Positions 34,997 through 44,311 of a stretch of 64,000 nt of DNA are shown piece by piece. The stretch spans positions 124,001 through 188,000 of IMG/VR virus record IMGVR_UViG_3300042934_000594; one strand, given 5' to 3'. The notes below the pieces were generated by a model that saw nothing but the letters and a program-made list of their open reading frames with translations, searched no databases and was not told the origin of the DNA. A program made the position numbers and the translations under genes. How positions within the stretch are numbered: position 1 is the stretch's first letter; each line of letters starts with the position of its first letter.

Positions 34997-35923
34997 TTAA
35001 AGAATCAGTTCCAGTACCGGCAGGTAATTGGTGGTGAGCGGATTGTTGAGCGTGGTGGTGATCACCCGTCCGGTGGAAGCGTCCCAGTTGTTGGCCAGAA
35101 ACTCCAGGTTGGTGCCACCGCTGGTAAAGTTCATCGACGCGAACAAGATCGTAGGTGGTGCCGTGTCGTTCCACTTGTCACTGGGGCTGATCGGTGAGGT
35201 CGTGGTCAACCCAACCCGCGTCATCAACTGGTTCCACTCCGAATCGACTTTATCGGCGTCGGAGGTCACGTACTGATCCAACGCTTTGTTGGAGTAGTTG
35301 GGCAACCGTACGCGGAAGGTGTATGCCCCAAACACCACTTGCTTGTTCTGATTGACCAAGGCAGGGACGTTGAGGTTCTGCGTGATGGGGTAGGGGGCCA
35401 CACCGGTGTTGTCCATCCCAAACACCAGTCCTGCGTTGTACAACTGTGCCCAGGACGTGTTGGTCACCACCACGTTGTTGGGGATGTACACAATCTTGCC
35501 TTTATGGATGAACTTGTGCCAACCGGTCACCCAGTCCGCCTGGGTGGTACCCAAGGATGCGGACAGGTTCAATGCAGACAGGTAACTGCTGGCACTGAAG
35601 AACTGGGCGATGGGGACAAAGCCAAAGTAGCCTAGGTTCCAATCACCGCGCAGCAGTTTCTGAGGTCCGGGACCTGAGTCCGGGTAGTGCCCGTAAATCA
35701 GTTGCGGGGACACCAACTCTTCGCTACCGCGGGTCTGGCCCACCCGGTAGTACATCACCGTGTTGCGGGCAATGGCGGTGTCGTCCCACAACTCGGCATT
35801 GCCGGCCAGGGTGGCAAACGCTGCGGGCAGGTTGTTCTCAGGGATCGGTGTGGTGGAGCGGTAGATCTTGATGCTGTCGGCCAAGGCGGCATTCACCGGT
35901 GGCCAAGTCAGTCGAACCGACAT
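34997..35923 (-). CDS. Tail/baseplate protein, gp131-135-like paralog
   Basis: GPGPQKLLRGDWNLGYFG, KFIHKGKIVYIP, YLPVLELIL. Confidence 0.7.
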   Translation of the reverse strand: MSVRLTWPPVNAALADSIKIYRSTTPIPENNLPAAFATLAGNAELWDDTAIARNTVMYYRVGQTRGSEELVSPQLIYGHYPDSGPGPQKLLRGDWNLGYFGFVPIAQFFSASSYLSALNLSASLGTTQADWVTGWHKFIHKGKIVYIPNNVVVTNTSWAQLYNAGLVFGMDNTGVAPYPITQNLNVPALVNQNKQVVFGAYTFRVRLPNYSNKALDQYVTSDADKVDSEWNQLMTRVGLTTTSPISPSDKWNDTAPPTILFASMNFTSGGTNLEFLANNWDASTGRVITTTLNNPLTTNYLPVLELIL

Positions 35924-35933
35924 GTCCTACTCC

Positions 35934-36878
35934 TTAAACCACTGGGGTTTCGATCAGTTCCAGCACCGGCCACCAGCCAACGTTGGCGGTGTTGGTGTAG
36001 GTGAACCCGTTGCGAGTTGCCACACCCGCGCGGCTGGCCGCACCTGAACCGCGCACGACGTTGACCTGGCTGCCTGCACTGATGCCTTTCTCCTGCACGT
36101 GAGCCCCTGAGGAAGGCAGACTCAGCTGGTTGGGCCCGACGGCGGCCACGTTGGCCATCCGCTGGACTGTAGGCACGTACGTCACCAATGGGTACACCAG
36201 GTCGTCCCATTCGCAGAGAAAGCTCTCAATGGGTTCGGGTACCGAGGTGTTAGCCGCGAAGGCGGTGTAGTCATCGTCGCTGTAGCCACGCATCAAACGA
36301 ACCCGGAAGGTATCCGGACCGATTTTGACCGTGACGCCCTGACCCACCGGAGCCCCGGCGTTGTAAGGACCCGGTCCGTCTACACCAAAGACCAGACCCA
36401 GGTCATACAACTGCTTCCAGGAGACAGTGGTGCTGATCACCCCTTCTGGAATGATCAGTATCTTGCCGTTACGGGCAAACTTGTGCCACTTGGGGGTGAC
36501 GTTGATCGACGTCCCCAAGGTCAACCCTACCTTGGCGCGCAGCTCATTGGCGTTGGTGAATTGCGAGGAGGCCATGCTACCAAAGTAGCCATAGTTGTAA
36601 TCGCCCTGCACCAGCACGTTACTGCCCGGCCCACGGCGCGGTACAGCGCGAATGGGGTAGTTCGGGGAGACGACCCGGTCGGTGGGGGACGTGGTTTCAA
36701 ACACGTAGTAGTACAGCTGCCCCCGGACAACCGTGGTGTCCTTGTAGGTGGTTTCACCGTTGGACAAGGTGGCGATCGGGTTGGCGAGGTTGGCGCGATC
36801 AAGCGGGGCATCACCCCGGTAGATCTTAACCGTCACCGCCACGACGTTGGGGTTTTCCCAGTTCAGTTGCGTGTACAT
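35934..36878 (-). CDS. Tail/baseplate protein, gp131-135-like paralog
   Basis: GPGSNVLVQGDYNYGYFG, KFARNGKILIIP, WWPVLELIE. Confidence 0.7.
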   Translation of the reverse strand: MYTQLNWENPNVVAVTVKIYRGDAPLDRANLANPIATLSNGETTYKDTTVVRGQLYYYVFETTSPTDRVVSPNYPIRAVPRRGPGSNVLVQGDYNYGYFGSMASSQFTNANELRAKVGLTLGTSINVTPKWHKFARNGKILIIPEGVISTTVSWKQLYDLGLVFGVDGPGPYNAGAPVGQGVTVKIGPDTFRVRLMRGYSDDDYTAFAANTSVPEPIESFLCEWDDLVYPLVTYVPTVQRMANVAAVGPNQLSLPSSGAHVQEKGISAGSQVNVVRGSGAASRAGVATRNGFTYTNTANVGWWPVLELIETPVV

Positions 36879-36887
36879 ACAAGTTCC

Positions 36888-37922
36888 TTAAATGGTTGCG
36901 CCGCTGATGGAGAAGGCATTGAGTGGGGCGATCCGGTGCGTCACGTTAACCACGTCTGCATCCAGATCAGCCGCCTGAGCGGTAAAGGCAAAGGCGTTGA
37001 GGAACGTACCGCTGTCACCCTTCAACCGGACGGGATTGAGGACACCGTCGGGGGTTACCTTAAGCGTGGGGGCACGTGTGGGCCACAGGGTGCTCAGGTT
37101 ACGGGGATTGACAATACTGCCCGCTGGGGCTTGACGCGGAGTCACAATCGATGCCGCCATGGGCGTCACCGTCACTCCTGCAACCTCATAGGGGTCCTTC
37201 AAGTCTTTGGTCAGTATCAGCTCTAACACCGGTCGCCATTGGGCAAAGTTGCTAGTGTTGAACGACTTGGCTTGCTCACCTTTGGTGTTGAACTGCGTCC
37301 CCGAACCGCGAGTCATCGCGTTATTGATGTTGGAGGCCGACGTTTCTTGCACCCAGGTGGTGGCCACACTGGCCCAGATCACCGCACCTGCGGTGTAGGT
37401 ATCCCAGCCTCCGCCCTGCACGACGCGGGGTAGTAATTGACCAAACTCGGTGTTGAGCAGGTCATCAGCTGGGACGGTACCAGCCGGGACAGGGTCGGCC
37501 TGAAAGCCAGTCATCAACCGTGGAAAGAAGTACCAAGGTTGACCTTTCTCGTAGTAGCGCAATACTTTTCGTTGCATCACGCCTGCACCCACGGGGTAAG
37601 CACCGAAATCCTTGGTGCCGTAAACCATCCCCGCGTTGTAGATGTCATTCCAGCTGGGCAAAATGCGCAGCGGTGATTTGCTGATATAAAGGATCTTGCC
37701 CTTGTAGGCGAATTTCAACCAGGCAATCGTTGCCCCACCTTGGGTCAGATCATTCCCCGCCTCAACCAACGGTGAGATCAGGTTGGCGTTTACAAAATCA
37801 GCCGCAGGGACCTCGCCAAAGTAACCCAGTTGCATGTCGCCGGCTTTGAACACTTTAGGTCCTGGGCCGTAATCCGAACTGCCGCTGGTTCCACTGCCTG
37901 CGGTGAGTAGAGCCTCGATCAT
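36888..37922 (-). CDS. Tail/baseplate protein, gp131-135-like paralog without the Fn3 domain
   Basis: GPGPKVFKAGDMQLGYFG, KFAYKGKILYI, WRPVLELIL, plus a C-terminal extension. Confidence 0.7.
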   Translation of the reverse strand: MIEALLTAGSGTSGSSDYGPGPKVFKAGDMQLGYFGEVPAADFVNANLISPLVEAGNDLTQGGATIAWLKFAYKGKILYISKSPLRILPSWNDIYNAGMVYGTKDFGAYPVGAGVMQRKVLRYYEKGQPWYFFPRLMTGFQADPVPAGTVPADDLLNTEFGQLLPRVVQGGGWDTYTAGAVIWASVATTWVQETSASNINNAMTRGSGTQFNTKGEQAKSFNTSNFAQWRPVLELILTKDLKDPYEVAGVTVTPMAASIVTPRQAPAGSIVNPRNLSTLWPTRAPTLKVTPDGVLNPVRLKGDSGTFLNAFAFTAQAADLDADVVNVTHRIAPLNAFSISGATI

Positions 37923-37976
37923 TGCTGTGCTCCTAAAACTCTAACATAAGGCGAGGCCTAAGCCCCGCCCTAAGGA

Positions 37977-38633
37977 TCAACTGATCAGGGTGTCCGGCAG
38001 CTCAGGCAATTCGGCCACGGTTTTAGCCGCGTCGATTTCATCCTTGAGTGCCCAGCTCAGCTCGTAGATATCGTTCATGGCCATCAACGCCCGTTCAGTC
38101 ATGGCGACCAACTGAGTAGGCGTGAGGACATGGCTTTTGTTCTCGTAGCTGCGAAACACCGTGGTGTCTTCCACACCGGCGGCGATTTGTTTCTCGCCTT
38201 TACTGTGGAGAAACATCAGGTTCACACGGTCTTCCACACGCAGCTGCACATGGAACACGTCCCCTTGCCCATCGATCTGGTAAGGGAAGCCCACCAACAG
38301 ATCCTGACGGCGCAATGCCGCCAGGTTCGCTTCCAGCTCTGCAACCTTTGCAGAGAGCTGTGTGGCGAGTTCTGTCTCATCGAAGGGGCGTGAGGTCCAG
38401 GTACGGGTCCAAACGCCGTCAACGAGCTCTGGGGTGCCTTCAGTGACCACATCGCCTTCAGGCTTGGTGTCACTTTCCTGAACCACCGCGTAACCGATCT
38501 CCTCCAGCCACTCCGAGTCTGCTTCCATGCCGAAAGAGATGTTGGTGTTGGCTTCGCGAACGTCTTGCAGATAAACCGGGTAACGCTCCGATTCAACGTG
38601 AATCAGGCGAGTACTGCCATTGACTTTTGACAT
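37977..38633 (-). CDS. Fibre assembly chaperone (DUF4376-like)
   Basis: Start at ATG 38633; WTRTWTSRP N-terminal region, FRSYENKSHVLTPTQLVAM and AAKTVAEL tail; directly downstream of the fibre gene. Confidence 0.65.
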   Translation of the reverse strand: MSKVNGSTRLIHVESERYPVYLQDVREANTNISFGMEADSEWLEEIGYAVVQESDTKPEGDVVTEGTPELVDGVWTRTWTSRPFDETELATQLSAKVAELEANLAALRRQDLLVGFPYQIDGQGDVFHVQLRVEDRVNLMFLHSKGEKQIAAGVEDTTVFRSYENKSHVLTPTQLVAMTERALMAMNDIYELSWALKDEIDAAKTVAELPELPDTLIS

Positions 38634-38683
38634 GTAATCAATTCCTTGGTGATGTGGGGGACCGAAGTCCCCCACCACAGGCC

Positions 38684-41600
38684 TTAGTAGCTAGCGCCAG
38701 TGGAACCGATCCACTTAGCACCGTTCCAGACGAGGGTAACCACAGTGATCGTAGTACCCAGGACCGGGGCCGTGTTCTGGTTCCAGGACACGTTGGCCGG
38801 CCAGGTGATCGCACCGGTGTTACCGTTGATGAAGATGACCACCGTCATCGAACGGTCAGCCGCAGGTTGGTTCTTGAAGGTCAAGGTCCGCGCTGCGGTC
38901 TGGGTGAAGTTGAACACCTGCGCCACAGCGAAGTCCAGTTCCGAACTGGTGGCCGTTGGCAATTGCGCCAGCGCCAGGTCGTAACGGTTGAACCGTGCCC
39001 AAGCGCCGTCCTTACGCTGGTAGACCGCACCCGGTACGTCAGTCGGTGCATCAGAGATACCCGACGCAGGCGCCGTGTACTTGACCCACTGGCCGTCTTT
39101 GCGGAAGTACGCTGCACCATCGACTGGGGCTTCACCTACGGGCAAGGCCACCCACTGACCGTTCTCACGGATGTAGGGTTTGCCGTCAGTTGGAGCTTCA
39201 CCCACTGCCAGCTCGACCCAGTTCGCACCTTTACGGCCGTAGATCTTGCCGTCGTCCGAAGGGCTGTAGACGTTGCCGCCCCCGAAGTGGCCCAGGCTGG
39301 TCCAGGTGGTGGTGTTGGACTTGGTGAAGTACTCCTGCGTGAGCGTGTTGTACCAGTAGTCACCAGCCGAACCGTCCACCAGGCCAGGGTCACGGGTGTC
39401 GTTGAGCCAGAGGCTACCACGGGCACCTTTATCACCTTTATCACCCTTGTCGCCTTTGATCCCAACGCCAGGTTCACCCTTGTCGCCTTTTGGACCGGTG
39501 ATGTTACCCAGGTCCTCGTAGGCGCTACCCGTCCAACCCCAGAAGTGCGAGTTGATCAAGTAACCTTCACCCAGGATGCCGTCCGCAGGCAGGTCAGCGG
39601 TGCTGGCCAGCTTACCGAGGATCTTGACGCCTGGACCCATCAGACCTTGCTCACCCTTGAGCGAGTTCAGCCAGTCCTGTTCCAGACCTTCAAAGCCCAA
39701 CATGACCGCGATGTCGTACGCCGAAGGACCGGTGAGGTCGTTGAACGCCACCCAGGCTTCGTCGTGGAACACCGTCATTACGCCTTTGACGAAGTACACG
39801 TCGCCTTCTTCGTTGCCTTCTGGAGGCAAGTCAGACGCTTCTTGTACCGCACCTTTGAGCTTGAGCGATGCGCCCGTTGGACCAGTCAGACCGATGTCAC
39901 CTTTATCACCCTTGTCGCCCTTCACCCCTTTGAGGTTACCTGCGTTGGTGAAGCCGGTGCCGGTGTAGATGTACAGGTCACCGTTGATTTGCAGGTAGGC
40001 ATCGCCCATCTGCTGACCAGTGGTTGGCAGCTCATCGACGCTTTGGATGACGCCAGTGATTTCAAGGCCGTTACCCTGCGCCCCAGGATCACCTTTATCT
40101 CCCTGGTCACCTTTATCACCTTTGTCCCCCTTGTCACCGTCATCGCCTTTAGGGCCGACGTACGTACCACCGTCTACCCAAGCGTTGTTGATGTTGAGGT
40201 ACAGGCGCTGACCACCGATGACGGCTTCGTATGGGGCCGCAGTGGCCACATCTGGCAACTCATCGACGCTGTCGTAGACGCCCGTGATGGCCAGGTCTTT
40301 ACCTGGGTCACCCTGATCGCCTTTGATGGAGTCGCCCTGATCACCCTTATCGCCTTGGTCACCTTTATCCCCTTTCAGGGAAGCGAGCCATTCGGCCTCG
40401 GTGCCAGTGTAACCACCCGTCTTGGCTGCTTCGTACGCCGACTTACCGACCAGCGTCTTGAGGAACTCGTCCTTGGTCCCGGTGAAGCCTTCAGCCACCG
40501 CCAGTTCGTAAACGCCCTGACCGTGCAGCGAAGCCAACCATTCGGTCAGCGTGCCTTCGAAGCCTTCATCGACAGCCGCCTCGTAAGCGGACGTACCGCC
40601 CAGTGTGCCCAGGTCGATCCAACCATCGGTCGCCGAGAACACAAACAGATGACGGTTGACGTAGTACGCATCACCCGGCTGGTTATCGGTCGCTGGCAGG
40701 TCTTCGGCGGAGGGGAACTGACCCAGGATTTTGACGGAGTTTGCAGGGATACCCTGGTCACCTTTATCGCCTTTGTCACCCTTATCGCCTTGGTCACCTT
40801 TGATCGTCAGCAGCCATTCCGCTTCCGTGCCTTCGAAGCCGTTCTTGACGGCGATCTGGTAGTTGGTTTTACCAACCAACGACGCCAGCCATTCAGCTTC
40901 AGTTCCGGTGAAGCCGTTGTCCTTGGCTGTCTGGAAGGCAGTTTTACCCACCAGCGATGCCAACCACTGGGCTTGGGTACCCTGGTAGCCATTGGCTTGA
41001 GCGATGGCGAACGCCGACTTACCTTCTGGACCGACCTGACCCACCTTGGCCCATTTGGTGTTGTCCCAGACGTACATCGTCTCATTGATGATGTAGCAGT
41101 CGCCTGGCTGGTTACCCACGGTTGGCAGTTGTGCCACGTCAGGGTAAGAACCCAGGATACGCAGACCCAGGCCATCGGTACCGCGCAAGGTTTCGAACCA
41201 CTCCTCGTACGTACCTTCAAAGCCGTTCTGCTGGGCCAGCTCGTAGGCGTTCAGGCCGCGTTCACCACGGATCTGACCCACGTTGCTCCAGGCGCCTTGG
41301 TACATGGTCCACAGGTCGTCACCGATGATGTAGGACTCGCCTTCATCAACCGTTTCAACCGCCGGCAGGTCGCTTTCAGCCGCCAAGGTACCGATGATGC
41401 GAGTACCCACACCCAGGCCACCGTCGTCACCCGGTTCGCCTTTATCACCCTTGTCGCCTTTGAGCGAAGCGATCCAGTCGGCTTGGCTACCGGCAAAGCC
41501 CAGGCTCTTGGCGGTGTCGTAGGCGGACTTGCCCACCAGGCTTTCCAGCCAGGCCGACTCTTCCCCATTGAAACCGTTTTCAACCGCGATCTCAAACGCT

Positions 41601-42742
41601 GACTTACCGTCAGTGCCTTTGAGGGCGTCGAGCCACTCTTCTTCGGTGCCGCCAAAACCTGCGGCTACCGCGAGTTGGAACGCCGACTTGCCCGCAAGCG
41701 ACGCTACCCACTCAGCCTCGGTCCCGGTGAAGCCGTTGATACGAGCCACTTCGTAGGCCGAGTTACCGTTGTCACCTTTGTCCCCCTTGAGGGAGGCAGT
41801 CCAGTCAGCCTCACTGCCGGCGAAACCTGCGGCCACAGCCACTTCATACGCAGATTTGCCAATCAGGCTTTCCAACCACTGGGCTTCGGTGTCTTCAAAG
41901 CCAGCCGCTTGGGCCACTTCAAAAGCCGACTTGCCGGTCAAGCTGGCGCGCCATTCGGCTTCAGTGCCCGTGAACCCTGCATCCTTGACCAGGTCGAATG
42001 CCGACTTACCTGGATTACCCTGATCGCCCTTATCCCCTTGATCGCCTTTATCACCGACCAATGAGGTCAGCCAATCGGCCTGAGTGCCGTCGAACCCGCC
42101 GGCTTGGGCGACCTCAAAGGCACTCTTGCCCACCAGGGACTTGAGCCATTCGGCTTCAGTGCCTACAAAACCTTCGGCCTTGGCCACTTGGTAGGCGTTC
42201 TTGCCCACAAGCGAAGCCAGCCATTGTGCTTCAGTACCGGAGAACCCACCGGCAGAAGCCAATTGATACGCGGTCTTACCGATCAGCGAGTTGAGCCACT
42301 GTGCTTCGGTCCCGGCAAAGCCGTTCTCGATGGCGACTTCATAGGCGCTCGAACCGGTGACGCCTTTGAGCGATTGAATCCACTGCACTTGGGTGCCAGT
42401 GAAGCCGTTTACCACGGCCACTTCATAGGCACTGTTACCTGGATCCCCTTTGACACCTTTAAGCGACGCTACCCATTGCGCTTCGGTACCGCTGAAGCCC
42501 AACTGTACGGCAACTTGATAGGCAGACTTGCCTTTGAGGGACTCGATCCACTGGGCTTCAGTGCCCGTGTAACCGTTGGCAACAGCAACCTCATAGGCGG
42601 ACTTGCCCTCGTTACTGCGCAACTTGGTGATCGAGATTTTCTTGTTGACCAACACTCCGTCCAGGCCACGTTGGATGATTTCAACAAACTCATCGCCAGT
42701 GAACGCTGTGACGAGCTCCAACTCTGAGATCTTGCCAGTCAT
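38684..42742 (-). CDS. Collagen-like repeat fibre protein
   Basis: 1352 aa; N-terminal GKISELE domain; about 22 GKSAYE.A...GF.GTE..WL.SL repeats; (GDK/GDQ)n triplets; about 7 LP..G...GD.Y modules; APxDG..Y.R.DG.W repeats; fibre-tip C-terminus. Confidence 0.8.
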   Translation of the reverse strand: MTGKISELELVTAFTGDEFVEIIQRGLDGVLVNKKISITKLRSNEGKSAYEVAVANGYTGTEAQWIESLKGKSAYQVAVQLGFSGTEAQWVASLKGVKGDPGNSAYEVAVVNGFTGTQVQWIQSLKGVTGSSAYEVAIENGFAGTEAQWLNSLIGKTAYQLASAGGFSGTEAQWLASLVGKNAYQVAKAEGFVGTEAEWLKSLVGKSAFEVAQAGGFDGTQADWLTSLVGDKGDQGDKGDQGNPGKSAFDLVKDAGFTGTEAEWRASLTGKSAFEVAQAAGFEDTEAQWLESLIGKSAYEVAVAAGFAGSEADWTASLKGDKGDNGNSAYEVARINGFTGTEAEWVASLAGKSAFQLAVAAGFGGTEEEWLDALKGTDGKSAFEIAVENGFNGEESAWLESLVGKSAYDTAKSLGFAGSQADWIASLKGDKGDKGEPGDDGGLGVGTRIIGTLAAESDLPAVETVDEGESYIIGDDLWTMYQGAWSNVGQIRGERGLNAYELAQQNGFEGTYEEWFETLRGTDGLGLRILGSYPDVAQLPTVGNQPGDCYIINETMYVWDNTKWAKVGQVGPEGKSAFAIAQANGYQGTQAQWLASLVGKTAFQTAKDNGFTGTEAEWLASLVGKTNYQIAVKNGFEGTEAEWLLTIKGDQGDKGDKGDKGDQGIPANSVKILGQFPSAEDLPATDNQPGDAYYVNRHLFVFSATDGWIDLGTLGGTSAYEAAVDEGFEGTLTEWLASLHGQGVYELAVAEGFTGTKDEFLKTLVGKSAYEAAKTGGYTGTEAEWLASLKGDKGDQGDKGDQGDSIKGDQGDPGKDLAITGVYDSVDELPDVATAAPYEAVIGGQRLYLNINNAWVDGGTYVGPKGDDGDKGDKGDKGDQGDKGDPGAQGNGLEITGVIQSVDELPTTGQQMGDAYLQINGDLYIYTGTGFTNAGNLKGVKGDKGDKGDIGLTGPTGASLKLKGAVQEASDLPPEGNEEGDVYFVKGVMTVFHDEAWVAFNDLTGPSAYDIAVMLGFEGLEQDWLNSLKGEQGLMGPGVKILGKLASTADLPADGILGEGYLINSHFWGWTGSAYEDLGNITGPKGDKGEPGVGIKGDKGDKGDKGARGSLWLNDTRDPGLVDGSAGDYWYNTLTQEYFTKSNTTTWTSLGHFGGGNVYSPSDDGKIYGRKGANWVELAVGEAPTDGKPYIRENGQWVALPVGEAPVDGAAYFRKDGQWVKYTAPASGISDAPTDVPGAVYQRKDGAWARFNRYDLALAQLPTATSSELDFAVAQVFNFTQTAARTLTFKNQPAADRSMTVVIFINGNTGAITWPANVSWNQNTAPVLGTTITVVTLVWNGAKWIGSTGASY

Positions 42743-42852
42743 TTCGACTTCCCCTGCTGTGATACCCGATGGGCTTGCGCCCGTTTTACCCCGGCCGCTA
42801 CGTTGGCCGGTAATAACGTTTCAAACTCATAGATAAATGTATTTTTTCCCGA

Positions 42853-42885
42853 GACGGCATAAAAGCAGCCCCCGAAGGGACTGCC
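42853..42885 (-). terminator. Hairpin followed by TATGCCGTC on the minus strand
   Basis: GACGGCATAAAA-GCAGCCCC-CGAA-GGGACTGC on the plus strand. Confidence 0.55.
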
Positions 42886-42901
42886 TGTTTTGCGGGACAG
42901 C

Positions 42902-43759
42902 TTACGCCAACACGCCTTCGTCCAGAGTCCAGGAACCATCCTGTTCTTTGGTGAAGCCGATGTCGGTCAGCAGCGCTTGCAGGCCTGCTGCGGTCGCGAA
43001 CTTGGCATCGTCAGTACCTTCGATCAGTTCAGCACCAGTCGCCTTGACAGGCAGAACCGGGGCTTCTGGCGCGGTGTACTTGAGTTTGCCCGTGGCCGCG
43101 TCGTATTCCAGGCCGGCGTCGGAGGCGGCATCAAGGCTGATGGCTTGCCGAGCACGTTCGTCGGTGAAGTACTTGTTGCCCGCACCTTCAGTAACCTGGT
43201 CAGTGCTACCAGGCGAGGCAACGATTTCCAGGTACTGCGTGCCAGTCCAACGGAAGGCGCCAGCGCCGTCAGCTGCCACGTAGATCTTGCCGGATTCACC
43301 TTCAGCTGGGAAGTCAGCTTCGGTTGGGAATTCCAGCACGTCATCGACGTAGGAAGGCAGGATGCCAGCTTTCAGGAAACCGGTGGTGCCTTCGAACAGG
43401 TCAGCCGTGGCGGCTTTGCCTGCAACCACGAGGGTCAGGTCATCAACAGACTGTTTGCTGGCCATGGTGGCCAACGCTTCAGACAGGGTTTCCGACAGGG
43501 CGTCGAGGTCCGAGTCATTGGCTTTGGCCAACAGGGCTTCAGTCAGACCAGGGATGTCCGACAGTTCCAGAGCACCAACCTTCTGGTCAATCAGAGCACC
43601 GATCTGGGCTTCGCTCAGACCGCCGATCAGGTGACCACCTGCGGTCACGCCATCTTGCACGTAGACCTGGTTGGTTTGAGTGTCGACCACCAGACTGCCG
43701 GCAGGACCTACATAGGCGCCGACCAGGGCGGTAGTACCGCGCTTGAGTTTAACGATCAT
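42902..43759 (-). CDS. Fibre/virion protein with Mtd-N-like N-terminal domain
   Basis: ATG 43759 after GGAG; KRGTTA...G.LVVDT.TNQVYVQDGVTAGG, coiled coil, LPSYVDDVLEF..FPAEGESGKIY module; biased codons. Confidence 0.65.
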   Translation of the reverse strand: MIVKLKRGTTALVGAYVGPAGSLVVDTQTNQVYVQDGVTAGGHLIGGLSEAQIGALIDQKVGALELSDIPGLTEALLAKANDSDLDALSETLSEALATMASKQSVDDLTLVVAGKAATADLFEGTTGFLKAGILPSYVDDVLEFPTEADFPAEGESGKIYVAADGAGAFRWTGTQYLEIVASPGSTDQVTEGAGNKYFTDERARQAISLDAASDAGLEYDAATGKLKYTAPEAPVLPVKATGAELIEGTDDAKFATAAGLQALLTDIGFTKEQDGSWTLDEGVLA

Positions 43760-43828
43760 GCTGTTCTCCAAGGTGTTGCGTGAATCGGCTTATGAGCAGT
43801 ATGCCCCAGCCTCACACAATAGGTGACT

Positions 43829-44296
43829 TTACGAACGGATGGTGAGCTCGCCTTCATCGATGACCAACTCACCGGCATCGTTTACCACAAAACCCAGTCG
43901 CTCAAGCGCTCGAACAACGGGTACATCTAGTGGGGTCCACTCCCCCACCGTATCGCCTGCAACCAACACGTGCCCTTTAACGTCTGGGGTAACGCTGTAC
44001 AGCGCCCCGAGGGCGGTGATCCAATCCGTTTGTGTCCCTGGGAAACCCTGATCGACAGCGATGTCATAGGCCGATTTCCCAACCAGCGTGGCAAGCCACT
44101 CTTCTTCAGTCCCTTCAAAGCCATGCTTGACGGCAATCTCGTACGCCGACCCGGTACTGAGTTCCAAGTCCCGCTTGATCGTCTGCAAACTGACCTGGCG
44201 GTTCTTGAACGTGCCTGCCACCTGAACCACGACTTCAAACAGCGCATCGAGGGTCAGCTTTTCAGCCGGTTGCATTTGTGAAATTTTGCCTGCCAT
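43829..44296 (-). CDS. Short fibre-associated protein
   Basis: Shares the GKISQM N-terminus and two SAYE repeats with 38684-42742, and a GF....G...IDEG tail with 42902-43759. Confidence 0.65.
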   Translation of the reverse strand: MAGKISQMQPAEKLTLDALFEVVVQVAGTFKNRQVSLQTIKRDLELSTGSAYEIAVKHGFEGTEEEWLATLVGKSAYDIAVDQGFPGTQTDWITALGALYSVTPDVKGHVLVAGDTVGEWTPLDVPVVRALERLGFVVNDAGELVIDEGELTIRS

Positions 44297-44311
44297 CGCT
44301 GTGTCCTTAGG

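Noticed and set aside
34073-37922. Diversity-generating retroelement acting on the paralog quartet
   Set aside because: No reverse transcriptase and no near-identical template/variable repeat pair differing at adenines is visible in the window.
38627-41602. 991-aa antisense ORF over the collagen-like fibre
   Set aside because: Mirror of the repetitive sense codons (the ITFITLVAF runs are reverse-complemented GDK triplets).
38684-42742. CRISPR-like or DNA-level tandem array
   Set aside because: The repeats are protein-level with synonymous variation, inside one ORF, with no repeat-spacer structure.
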